IMG/VR virus record: IMGVR_UViG_3300020042_002365
Location: 1 to 27,550 of that record
Source of the DNA: a virus
Taxonomy: Duplodnaviria; Caudoviricetes
Reading direction: 5' to 3' (one strand)
DNA: 27,550 nucleotides
Notes under the pieces: model-generated
What the model was told of the DNA's origin: nothing
The model's input: the letters and a program-made list of their open reading frames with translations, nothing else
Databases searched by the model: none
Program-made: the position numbers and the translations under genes
Part shown: positions 16,704 through 25,700 of the stretch, piece by piece
Layout: every line of letters begins with the position of its first letter
Position numbering within the stretch: the stretch's first letter is position 1

Positions 16704-17099
16704 ATGTCAATGTTACAAAACCGCTCGGCTCCAAATATTCCGCAAGCTCCTAAGGAATATGACCAGTCGTACATGAACTCGTTCAGTAACGTGATTCGGT
16801 TGTTCTTTAACAACATCAATACTGTTCAGCAATTGAACTTGGCCGCGTTGAATCTTGATATACGTACATTGCCCACCGATGAGGATTACGACAGCCTACG
16901 TGAAGGGGATGTGTACAGGGATACACAGGGCGGTACGCTACAAACAGGCACAAATGTGTTGCGTATTAAAGTACCTATTGGATTGCTTGGGGTGCAAGGT
17001 TCGGGGGCGGTAGGAACTGTTGGGCCTGTTGGGGGCACAATAACTCTAAATTTAACTGGTGTTTCTGGGTCTGGCGCTATTGGCACAGTGACCCCTTAA
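16704..17099 (+). CDS. Small tail protein downstream of the nozzle gene
   Basis: PNIPQAPKEYD...RLFFN helix; C-terminal GVQGSGAVGTV/TGVSGSGAIGTV repeats. Confidence 0.75.
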   Translation: MSMLQNRSAPNIPQAPKEYDQSYMNSFSNVIRLFFNNINTVQQLNLAALNLDIRTLPTDEDYDSLREGDVYRDTQGGTLQTGTNVLRIKVPIGLLGVQGSGAVGTVGPVGGTITLNLTGVSGSGAIGTVTP

Positions 17100-17108
17100 T
17101 ACTAAAAT
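17080..17108 (+). promoter_or_regulatory. Putative sigma70 promoter for the ejection-protein module
   Basis: TTGGCA (17080-17085), 17-bp spacer, TAAAAT (17103-17108); TAAGGAG SD at 17119-17125, ATG 17132. Confidence 0.55.
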
Positions 17109-17131
17109 GCAACGTAATTAAGGAGAACACT

Positions 17132-18121
17132 ATGGCAATGGGCGGAGTTGGCGAAGCGGCGATGCTTGGCGCGGTAATGGGCGGTGGTTCTGCGCTATTG
17201 ACTGGTGGCGATCCACTTAAAGGTGCTCTCATGGGTACGCTTACTGGGGGTGCTGGCGCTGCTGTAAGTCCGGCTATAAGCGCAATGACGGCTCCCTCTG
17301 TTAGTCTGGCGCAAACTGCTGCCACCAATATGGCTCCAACTATGGCTAACGCGGCTTTGTTAAATTCCGCACAATCCGCCGCTGGAAACGCTGCCATTAA
17401 CGGGGCAATAAATACAGCACTTCCGCTTACAGGCGATTTGGGTATTGCTGGATTAGCTAACAGCGTTATGGCCCCCGCCGTGCCTAGTGCTTTTACCCCT
17501 ATTGTCGCTGGCGCTGCACCTGTGGCGACCATACCTATGGCGTCTGCCACCCCACCAGTTGACGATTCTTTTCTGGGAGGCATAAAGAAGTTTGCGGACA
17601 ACCCAATGTCTTCTTTAATGAACAATAAGTTCAGCGCCGCAGGTTCTGCGCTGGCCGGTGCTAGTCAAAAGAAGAAAAAAGAAGAAGAAGAAGAGTACTC
17701 TGGACCACTTAGCCGCTTCAAGTACAACCCAGCTTCTTATCGCCCAGCAGGTTATGCTGATGGTGGTATTGCTGCTTTGGGTGGTTACGACCGCATGGTG
17801 GGTGAAGAGCCTATGTACCAAGCAATGGCTCGTGGTGGTATTGCTGATTTGGGCAGCTACTCTGATGGTGGCCGCATGCTCAAAGGCCCCGGTGACGGCA
17901 TGTCTGACAGCATCCCTGCAAATATTGCTGGCAAGCGCCCTGCACGTCTGGCAGATGGTGAGTTTGTTATTCCTGCTGATGTGGTTTCCCACCTTGGTAA
18001 TGGATCAACGGATGCGGGTGCCAAACAACTGTACGCAATGATGGCCAAAGTGCGTAAAGCACGTACTGGTAGCAAAGCTCAAGGTCGTGAGATTAATCCC
18101 CGCCAATACATGGCAGCTTAA
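17132..18121 (+). CDS. Internal virion/ejection protein
   Basis: Gly/Ala hydrophobic N-terminus; YADGG, MARGG, YSDGG motifs; C-terminal GPGDGMSDSIPA...LADGEFVIPADVVS domain. Confidence 0.7.
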   Translation: MAMGGVGEAAMLGAVMGGGSALLTGGDPLKGALMGTLTGGAGAAVSPAISAMTAPSVSLAQTAATNMAPTMANAALLNSAQSAAGNAAINGAINTALPLTGDLGIAGLANSVMAPAVPSAFTPIVAGAAPVATIPMASATPPVDDSFLGGIKKFADNPMSSLMNNKFSAAGSALAGASQKKKKEEEEEYSGPLSRFKYNPASYRPAGYADGGIAALGGYDRMVGEEPMYQAMARGGIADLGSYSDGGRMLKGPGDGMSDSIPANIAGKRPARLADGEFVIPADVVSHLGNGSTDAGAKQLYAMMAKVRKARTGSKAQGREINPRQYMAA

Positions 18122-18131
18122 GGAGAATAAT

Positions 18132-19250
18132 ATGCGTGACCCTAAAAAACTAGCGTCCAAGGGTAGATATGGCGACACCATGCTTGCTCACATCAATCCA
18201 GAAGAGGCTGCGCTTTTAAAGTCTAGGGGTGGCGCTGGAACTATAAATCCTAAAACTGGTTTGCGTGAGTTTTATGGCATGGGTAACCAAACAGGCCTCA
18301 GGGACGCAATGGAGGCACAAAGAAAAGCTGAAGCTGAAGCTGAAATTGCAAAGGCAAAGGCAAAGGCTGCTCCTGCTCCTGCTCTAACTCCAGAACAGAG
18401 GCAAGCAAACATAGCTCGAGATCTAGCGTTATCTCAAACACGTGGCGCCCGTCCATCTGGACAAGACTCACAGTTTTATCAACCAGCATATCAGTCGCAA
18501 TATGCTAACTACGCCACAACAAATCCATTGGGCGTGAGCCAATACGGCACACCAATGACGATTCAAAGTTTGGTAGACAGCGCCTATGCGGGTATTGGGC
18601 GTTTCGGAGTTGGTACTGGTACAAACCAAATGGACGCAGGGGGTAGGCAAAGCCACATCAATGCGTTTCAAACAGGGGAGTACACACCAGAAAACTTTTT
18701 TCAGAAGTTTGCTAATTCTGTTCGAGATTATCAAACACAAAACCCAAACGACCGATACACGCAATATACGCAAAATCAACCGGGGTATATGGGTGGGTAT
18801 CAGGGTTTCATACCTCAAGCACAAAACCCGTTTAGCTCTAGCGGCGGTATGGGTGGAGGCGGTGGGTTAACACCTGAACTTGCAAGAACTTTGATGCAGA
18901 GGTCTATGACCGGTAGTGGTGTGCCTACCGCAGAATTCCAACGGTTTGGTGGGTATGACACAGTTAAATCCCTGTACGACAGAAGCGGCGGCGATTATTC
19001 TGGTCAAGGCAACCCATACCCCCAGCAGCAATTTAATCCTTACACAAATCAGTATCAAACACCGTTTAGCTACCAACAGCCGCAGCAACAAATGCAAACG
19101 CCGTTTAGCTATCAACAGCCTATGGCGCAACGCACATCGTCTGGCCCTAGCCAAGCAATCGTGGGCAGGTCTTCCCAAATGCGTGGCACACCCAACGTGA
19201 TGCGCCGTGCTGAAGGTGGGATTGCCTCGTTGCTGGATAATGACGAATGA
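18132..19250 (+). CDS. Internal virion/ejection protein, Gln/Tyr/Pro-rich
   Basis: ATG 18132 with TAAGGAG SD; GRYGDTMLAHINPEEA...GTINPKTGLREF N-terminal module; QTPFSYQQP duplicated with 39-nt period at 19056-19120; ends RAEGGIASL. Confidence 0.7.
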   Translation: MRDPKKLASKGRYGDTMLAHINPEEAALLKSRGGAGTINPKTGLREFYGMGNQTGLRDAMEAQRKAEAEAEIAKAKAKAAPAPALTPEQRQANIARDLALSQTRGARPSGQDSQFYQPAYQSQYANYATTNPLGVSQYGTPMTIQSLVDSAYAGIGRFGVGTGTNQMDAGGRQSHINAFQTGEYTPENFFQKFANSVRDYQTQNPNDRYTQYTQNQPGYMGGYQGFIPQAQNPFSSSGGMGGGGGLTPELARTLMQRSMTGSGVPTAEFQRFGGYDTVKSLYDRSGGDYSGQGNPYPQQQFNPYTNQYQTPFSYQQPQQQMQTPFSYQQPMAQRTSSGPSQAIVGRSSQMRGTPNVMRRAEGGIASLLDNDE

Positions 19251-19678
19251 ATTTAACTGTGCGCCCTGTTGATGTAAATTACGTCCATCAAACATGGCCG
19301 CTGGTAAAGCCGTTTCTTGAAGAAGCTATGCAAAAAAGCGGAGATTTCCCTGACTGGGCTGCTGGCTATACGATTGAGCACATTCAATTGTTTGTTGTCT
19401 CAGGGCAATGGTTGCTTTTGGTGGCTGTAGATGAAGAGAACATAGTTCATGGCGCTGGTACGGTGTCGTTGATAAATTATCCATTGCACCGAGTCGCATT
19501 TTTTACCACCATTGGCGGAAACCTTATTTCCAATCAAGACACTTTTGAGCAGTTAAAGGCGTTGTTAAAGACGCATGGTGCAACAAAAATTCAGGGCTAT
19601 TGCCGGGAAGCTATGGTACGTCTTTTGAAACGCTATAACTTTGAAACGCGCAACACTTTAGTAGAGGTATTGGTATGA
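19247..19678 (+). CDS. GNAT-fold-like small protein in the ejection operon
   Basis: 143 aa alpha/beta pattern (LLLVAV...GAGTV...GATKIQG..R..M.RLLKRYNF); position like P22 gp14/T7 gp13. Confidence 0.55.
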   Translation: MNLTVRPVDVNYVHQTWPLVKPFLEEAMQKSGDFPDWAAGYTIEHIQLFVVSGQWLLLVAVDEENIVHGAGTVSLINYPLHRVAFFTTIGGNLISNQDTFEQLKALLKTHGATKIQGYCREAMVRLLKRYNFETRNTLVEVLV

Positions 19679-21249
19679 ATTTCTTAAAATATTGGAAGTG
19701 GTTTTTCTTCAACCAATTTTTTCTATACGCTGATGGCGGTGGTGGCGGCGGTGGCCCAACGACAACAACGGTAAACCAATCCAATATCCCTGACTGGTTG
19801 CGTCCTCAGGTTGAAGGCATTATTGGCGGCGCTTCACAAGAGCTGTTTGATTACACGGTAGACGAAAACGGCAACTATGTTCTCAAAGGTGCCAAACCGT
19901 TTGTACCTTACAGCGCCAACGTACAAGATTACGTAGCGGGCTTTAGCCCCCTGCAACAGCAAGTGCAAGCTAATGCGGCCAACTTGCAAGTGCCCGGCCA
20001 GTTTAATCAGGCCACAGGTTATGCCAATCAAGCCGCTCAAGGCGGAATTGATTCTGCTGGACGTGCTTATGGGTATGGTAATGCGGGCTTTCAATCTGGC
20101 CAGCAAGGCCAACAAATGGGCATGCAGGGTGGCGACTATTACGGGAGCATGGGTGCGGGGTACGGTCAACAAGGTGCAAGGTATGGTGCACAAGCCGTAG
20201 GTCTATCCCCACAAGCACAGCAGTATGGACAACAAGCCGCTGACATTGGACAGATGGGTCTTCGTGCAGAGCAATATGGCCGCGATGTTTCTGGTCAAGC
20301 AGAAAACTACGCTCGTCAAGCTGCTGGTATGGGTGACCTGTACGGTCAGATGGCTACAAGTCCCAGTACGTACCAAGCGTACATGTCTCCTTATCAAGAG
20401 GCAGTAACAAATGTTCAACTGGAAGGCTTACAGCGCCAAGCAGATATTGCCCGTACACAACGTGGAGCGCAAGCTGCTCGTGCGGGTGCTTATGGCGGCT
20501 CTCGTCAGGCTATTGAGAATGCTGAAGCTAATCGTGCGCTTGCCTCTCAAATGGATGCAGTCCGTGCCCAAGGCTTGCAGCAAGCCTATCAACAAGCCCA
20601 AGCCAATATTGGCCAACGCGCTCAATTCGGACTACAAGGTCTTCAGGGTGCGCAACAGGGACTGGGTACTGCCTTGCAAGGTGGTCAATTAGGTCTGTCT
20701 GGTATTGGAACTGCTATGCAGGGTCAGCAAGCTGGTTTGCAGGGTTTAACTACGGCCAACCAACTGTATGGCACGGGTATTCAAGGCGCCCAAGCAGGTA
20801 TGCAAGGTGCTCAAACTGGACTTCAGGGCGTGGATCGCCAACTGGCCGGAACCGCTCAAGGCATGCAAGGCGCTCAAGTTGGTTTACAGGGCGTGTCTGG
20901 CGCTCAAGCCGGTTACGGTTTAGCTGATCGAGCCGCAGGTACGCTTGGTACTTTGGGTCAACAGCAGCTGGCTGCACAGACGGGCATCTTGGGTCTACAG
21001 AATCAAATTGGCGGACAGCAACAGCAGCAAGAACAGCAGTACATCAATCAAGCAATTCAGAACTTTGCACAAGCGCAAGAAAATCCAATGCAAAGATACA
21101 ACCAGCTTAATGCGTTGGTGCGTGGTTATGCATTACCTGGTACAACAACAAATCAGTATCAAGCTTCCCCTAGCTTGTTGAGTCAAGTCGGTGGTGCTGG
21201 CATAGCTGGTCTGGGTTTGTACAACGCCATGAACCCCAGCAGAACATAA
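19675..21249 (+). CDS. DNA transfer/ejection protein, Gln/Gly/Ala-rich
   Basis: GAGG SD; aromatic leader then GGGGGGG; YMSPYQ...AGAYGGSRQAI motif; GxQGxQx heptads; hydrophobic Gly-rich C-terminus. Confidence 0.75.
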   Translation: MNFLKYWKWFFFNQFFLYADGGGGGGGPTTTTVNQSNIPDWLRPQVEGIIGGASQELFDYTVDENGNYVLKGAKPFVPYSANVQDYVAGFSPLQQQVQANAANLQVPGQFNQATGYANQAAQGGIDSAGRAYGYGNAGFQSGQQGQQMGMQGGDYYGSMGAGYGQQGARYGAQAVGLSPQAQQYGQQAADIGQMGLRAEQYGRDVSGQAENYARQAAGMGDLYGQMATSPSTYQAYMSPYQEAVTNVQLEGLQRQADIARTQRGAQAARAGAYGGSRQAIENAEANRALASQMDAVRAQGLQQAYQQAQANIGQRAQFGLQGLQGAQQGLGTALQGGQLGLSGIGTAMQGQQAGLQGLTTANQLYGTGIQGAQAGMQGAQTGLQGVDRQLAGTAQGMQGAQVGLQGVSGAQAGYGLADRAAGTLGTLGQQQLAAQTGILGLQNQIGGQQQQQEQQYINQAIQNFAQAQENPMQRYNQLNALVRGYALPGTTTNQYQASPSLLSQVGGAGIAGLGLYNAMNPSRT

Positions 21250-21258
21250 GGAAGTTTC

Positions 21259-22764
21259 ATGAGCCTCAATAGCCTACAAGATGATATGTCACGCCGTGCC
21301 GCTTCCATGGCGGCTATGGCTAAACGCGCCACGAATCCACAAGATATTCAAGCTATACAGAAAAATCTTGTTGATGGCGTTCAGAACGGCTCGATCCAAC
21401 CGTATGTTGGTATCCCACTGATACAAGAACTTACCCAGAGGCTGACTGAAGTTAAAGCGCAGATGGCGCAAACTATGGCTGGTGCTGGGATGCCACAAGC
21501 CCCACAAGGCCAACAGGCTCCACCCATTGCCGAACAGGTAATGCAGCAAGCCGCTCAAGAAAGCCAAGGTCTTGAATCTCTAGCGTCTAATCTGCCGCAG
21601 GAATATGCAGGCGGTGGCATTATTGCGTTTGAAGATGGCGGTGCGGTGCAGCACTTTCAGACGGGCGATTTGGTAGATGAGAGATACAAACGTACCAGCT
21701 CCTATTATCAGCAACCACAAGCAGAGCCAGATGTACTCAAGCGCACTCCCCTCACCATCCAAGATCAAGTTAGACAGTATCGGGAGCTCATGGAGGCCAT
21801 TCCTAAAGGCGCTAGTCAGACAGAGTATGAAGAGTATCTAAAGAACCGATCTGGTGCTGCCGAGGCTACCAAGAAGCAAGACTTGAATCTGGCTCTGGCG
21901 CAGTTTGGGTTGAACTTGGCTGCGGGTAAGTCTCCACGTGCTTTGGAAAACTTGGGTGAAGCTGGTATCAAAGCATTGCCAGCAGTGCAAGAGGCATACA
22001 GACAGCGCAGGCTTGCAGATGAAACATCACTCAGAGGTCGTGCTGAGCTTGACCGCATGTCTCGGGCTGAGCAACTTGAAGCGCTCAAAGGCGGTATTGG
22101 CTTGTACGGCAAAGAGCGTGAGCTGGAGGCCGAAGCAGATAAAGCGGAGCGGCAACGTCAAAATGCTATAGCAGTCGCTCGATTGCAGATGGCACATAAG
22201 CCAACAGACTTGGGTACCTTTATTAATGACTATGTTCGTGACGAAAAACAAAAAGGTAATCCAAAAACCGAAGAGGCTCTAAGGGTAGAGGCCTACGCAA
22301 AAGCTCCAATGCTTCTGATAAAACAAGAGATTGCAAACGCGCAAGTAGGAGCAACACTAACAGGTCAAAATGTGCAAGCAGGCATTGCAGGGGGCGCTCA
22401 GGAATTAACCGCTCAACAATTAAGCCAGCAGGCAATCGATAAAGCAACAGATAATTTTTCAAAGGCTTTGGGAAATCGCAAAGATCCAATAACACTAGAA
22501 TCGAACAGACTTAAAAAGTTAGACGATGAAAATAGAAGACAAGGAAACCCAACAAATCTTCAATTAGAACATAGGAATAAAACAATTAGAGACGATGCAG
22601 CCTCAATGACTCCGTCTAGTCAACAGCGCAAAGTTGTTCCACCCCCAGTTGCCAAGCCTGATGCACGTCTTAACGCACTGCCACCTGGTGCGGTTTTGGA
22701 AGGAACCAGTGGAGGTAAAAAAGTTTATAAATTACCTAACGGCTCACGATACATTGAAAAATAA
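21259..22764 (+). CDS. Helical ejection protein (P22 gp20-like position)
   Basis: TAAGGA SD; YAGGGIIAFEDGG motif; LALAQFGLNLAAG amphipathic segment; coiled coils. Confidence 0.7.
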   Translation: MSLNSLQDDMSRRAASMAAMAKRATNPQDIQAIQKNLVDGVQNGSIQPYVGIPLIQELTQRLTEVKAQMAQTMAGAGMPQAPQGQQAPPIAEQVMQQAAQESQGLESLASNLPQEYAGGGIIAFEDGGAVQHFQTGDLVDERYKRTSSYYQQPQAEPDVLKRTPLTIQDQVRQYRELMEAIPKGASQTEYEEYLKNRSGAAEATKKQDLNLALAQFGLNLAAGKSPRALENLGEAGIKALPAVQEAYRQRRLADETSLRGRAELDRMSRAEQLEALKGGIGLYGKERELEAEADKAERQRQNAIAVARLQMAHKPTDLGTFINDYVRDEKQKGNPKTEEALRVEAYAKAPMLLIKQEIANAQVGATLTGQNVQAGIAGGAQELTAQQLSQQAIDKATDNFSKALGNRKDPITLESNRLKKLDDENRRQGNPTNLQLEHRNKTIRDDAASMTPSSQQRKVVPPPVAKPDARLNALPPGAVLEGTSGGKKVYKLPNGSRYIEK

Positions 22765-22773
22765 GGTTAACCC

Positions 22774-25700
22774 ATGGCATTCGAAGAATTCAAGGGCAAG
22801 CTAGATGAGCCGACTGGTGTTGGGTTTGTGCCGTTTACGGGCAAACTGGATGAACCGACTAGCACAGGGTTTGTGCCGTTTACAGGTAAGCTGGATGAGC
22901 CCTTAAAGAAGCCAAAGCCCATCCAATCGGAGCCCATTCTCTCCCCTGAAGAGTTAATGATGGGGTCAATTGGCGCCCCCAATACAGAGCCGTCGCCAGT
23001 CGCCCCGAAAAAAGCATTCTCTTTTGGGGATGAATTTGTCAAGGGTGCCAAGGGTGCTGTTGAGTACGCTCTGCCCTCTATGGGTCGGCAACTTGCGTTG
23101 CAGGGCTCCGCCAGTGCAATGGTGTCCCGCAAGAAAAGTCTTGAGCTCATGGGCAAGATTGACAGCGGTGTCTACCCCTCACTCGATGCGCTGAAGAAAG
23201 ATCCCGTCTACGAAGAAATGCGCAAAGAGGGCCAAAATCTCAGCTTGGTCAATAGTTACTACGGCAACCGCAATGCGCCCGATGTTACGGCCAAGATGCG
23301 CGGAACTACGGAAAAAGAGTTCCAAGCCATGGCTACGGATACCCGTACTCACCTTGACATGCTCAATAAATACGCACAGGAAAACAAGGAAAAGTACGGT
23401 CCTCGCGTTGAAAAGTTCACCGACATTAACTGGACTGATCCGGCAGTCGTTGCTGATTTCACCAACTGGCTAGGCTATAACATGGGGTCGGGCGCTGTGC
23501 AGATGGCTCCCATCATGCTTGCCGCCGTAGTGACAAAACAACCTGGTCTACTGGTCGCCAGTTCAACCATGGGCGTGTCTGAAGCGGTGGGCAACCGCTT
23601 GAAGTTTATTCAAGACCAGACAAAGAGCCTGCCTCCTGATCAGCAGGGCGCAGCTATTGCGAAATACATTGCTGATACGGGCGATGCCAGCTTAATTACA
23701 GGTCTGGTGTCCGGCTCGTTTGACTTGTTACTTGGTCCTGCCGCCAAAGCAGCCAAGGCTAGTCTGAGTAAATCTGTTGGTAGAGTTGCCAACATCAAGC
23801 AAGCCGTCAAGGAGCTGCCCAAAGATATTGCCGGTGAAGCTGTTACGGGCTCTCTGCAAGAAACCACGCAAATTGCTGCCAAGAAATATCTTCAGGAGCA
23901 AGGCCTGCCAGTTACGCGTGAAAATATCCAAGACGTAATCAATGCCGCCGCCGCTGAAGCCGCTGGTGCGCCAGCAGGTACCGCTGTGAATGTGGGTGTG
24001 GCCGCTTTGCAAAGACCGGCGGCACCTGTTGCTGCGCCACGTCAAGAGCCAACATCAAACGAGCCCGAGCCGCCGCAGGGTGTCGTTCCGCCGGTTGATG
24101 AGACTGACTTTGCATTTGTCCCCTTGGCTCCGGAGCCCGGCGGTCGGATAGAACCAGCGCTTGATGGCGCTCCGCCTCTTGTACCATCCCCAGCCCCAGC
24201 GATTACGCCGTCAAAGGTAGAGGCCGTTCCGGGCATGATGACAGATGAAGATCTGGCTCAGCCGAAAAATGTCAGCGTAACACCTGTTACTGTGACCGAG
24301 CCGGAAGTAACACCTGCCCCCCTAACAGAAGCGCCTGCGGAAACGTCAACCAAAGACAAATGGTTGAAAGCGATCAACGATCAAAACCGCTTGCAGCCAG
24401 AAGGCGGTGTGCAGTTAACTGTCACGCCCGAAGGCAAGCTCAATTTTATGGGCGATCCTAGCGTAACAAAGCAGGGCAGAGCGCTTGAGGCAACCTTAAA
24501 CGAGGCTATCAAAGCTGGTGCAACAGTTGAAGAAATAGCCGCGTCCATTCTCAGCGCCAAGCAGCCTGCTCCACCAGTAACACCTGTTACGCCTATCAAG
24601 CCAACCATTGCTGCGGCCTCTTTGCCAGAAACGCCAACAGTACCACCTGCCCAAACGCCAAAGCTGTTTGAACCCGCCCCAGAACAGCAGGCTTTGGCCG
24701 GCTTGCCTACTGTCGAGGTTCCGCTAAAAGATATTCAGCTATCAAAAGACTTGCCACAATTTAAAGTGGGGGCAAATGAGAAAGGCGTTGTTGAGCCTTT
24801 GGCGGGCAAGTTTGAGCGTATGGGAGTAGCACCAGTCCAGTTGTGGAAACGATTGGATGGGAAGCTTGAAGTTATCTCAGGTAGGCATCGTTTTGATCTG
24901 GCAGGCCGCAGTGGCGAAGCCACGATCCCCGCACAGATTCATTATGAGTCGGAAGGTTTCGACCTAGACAAAGCCACAACCTTAGATTCTGAATTAAACA
25001 TTAGAGACGGCCAAGGAAAGGTAAAAGATTATGTCGATTATTTCAAAGGCTCAAAAATCAGCCGAGAAGAAGCAGTCGGTAAGGGATTACTGGCGAGAGC
25101 GTTGGGCAAGCGGGCTTACGGAATCGCAACTCAGGGAGAAGAGGAGCTCATTGCCGCAGTTCGTGGCGATAGGATCGGGGACGAAGCGGCGTACAACATC
25201 GCCATAAACGCACCGAATGACGCAAGACTTCAGAACGTGGGACTGCAAGCCATCATGGACGGTAAGTCTATGCAGGCGGCAACGAACACCATGCAAGCCG
25301 TTAAGGCTATGGCGGCGGAGCGAGACACAACCACCGACATGTTTGGCTTTGATGATAGCCTGATCAAAGAAGCGCAGGAGATGGCCAAGATTGCCGCCAA
25401 GATGCAAAATTCTATTGCGTCCCGGCTCTCTGCTATCACTGGTGCAGCCAAGAATCCTGCTATGGCCAAGGCGGAAGGTATCGATGTTCGTGACCCTGAC
25501 GCAATCAATCGGCGCATTGAAGAGCTCAGAGCCCAGAAAGCTGCACTTGAGAACTGGTCAACCAGTCCTGAGCTGGTGGCTGAGATCCGTGCGGCCCGTG
25601 GGGTAGAAGCGCCCCAGTTGGAATTGCGTGGAGAAACAGAAGCAGAGATACGAGCCAGAGAGGCCACTCAAGATGCAGACCGTCAAGCGCAAGAAGCGAA

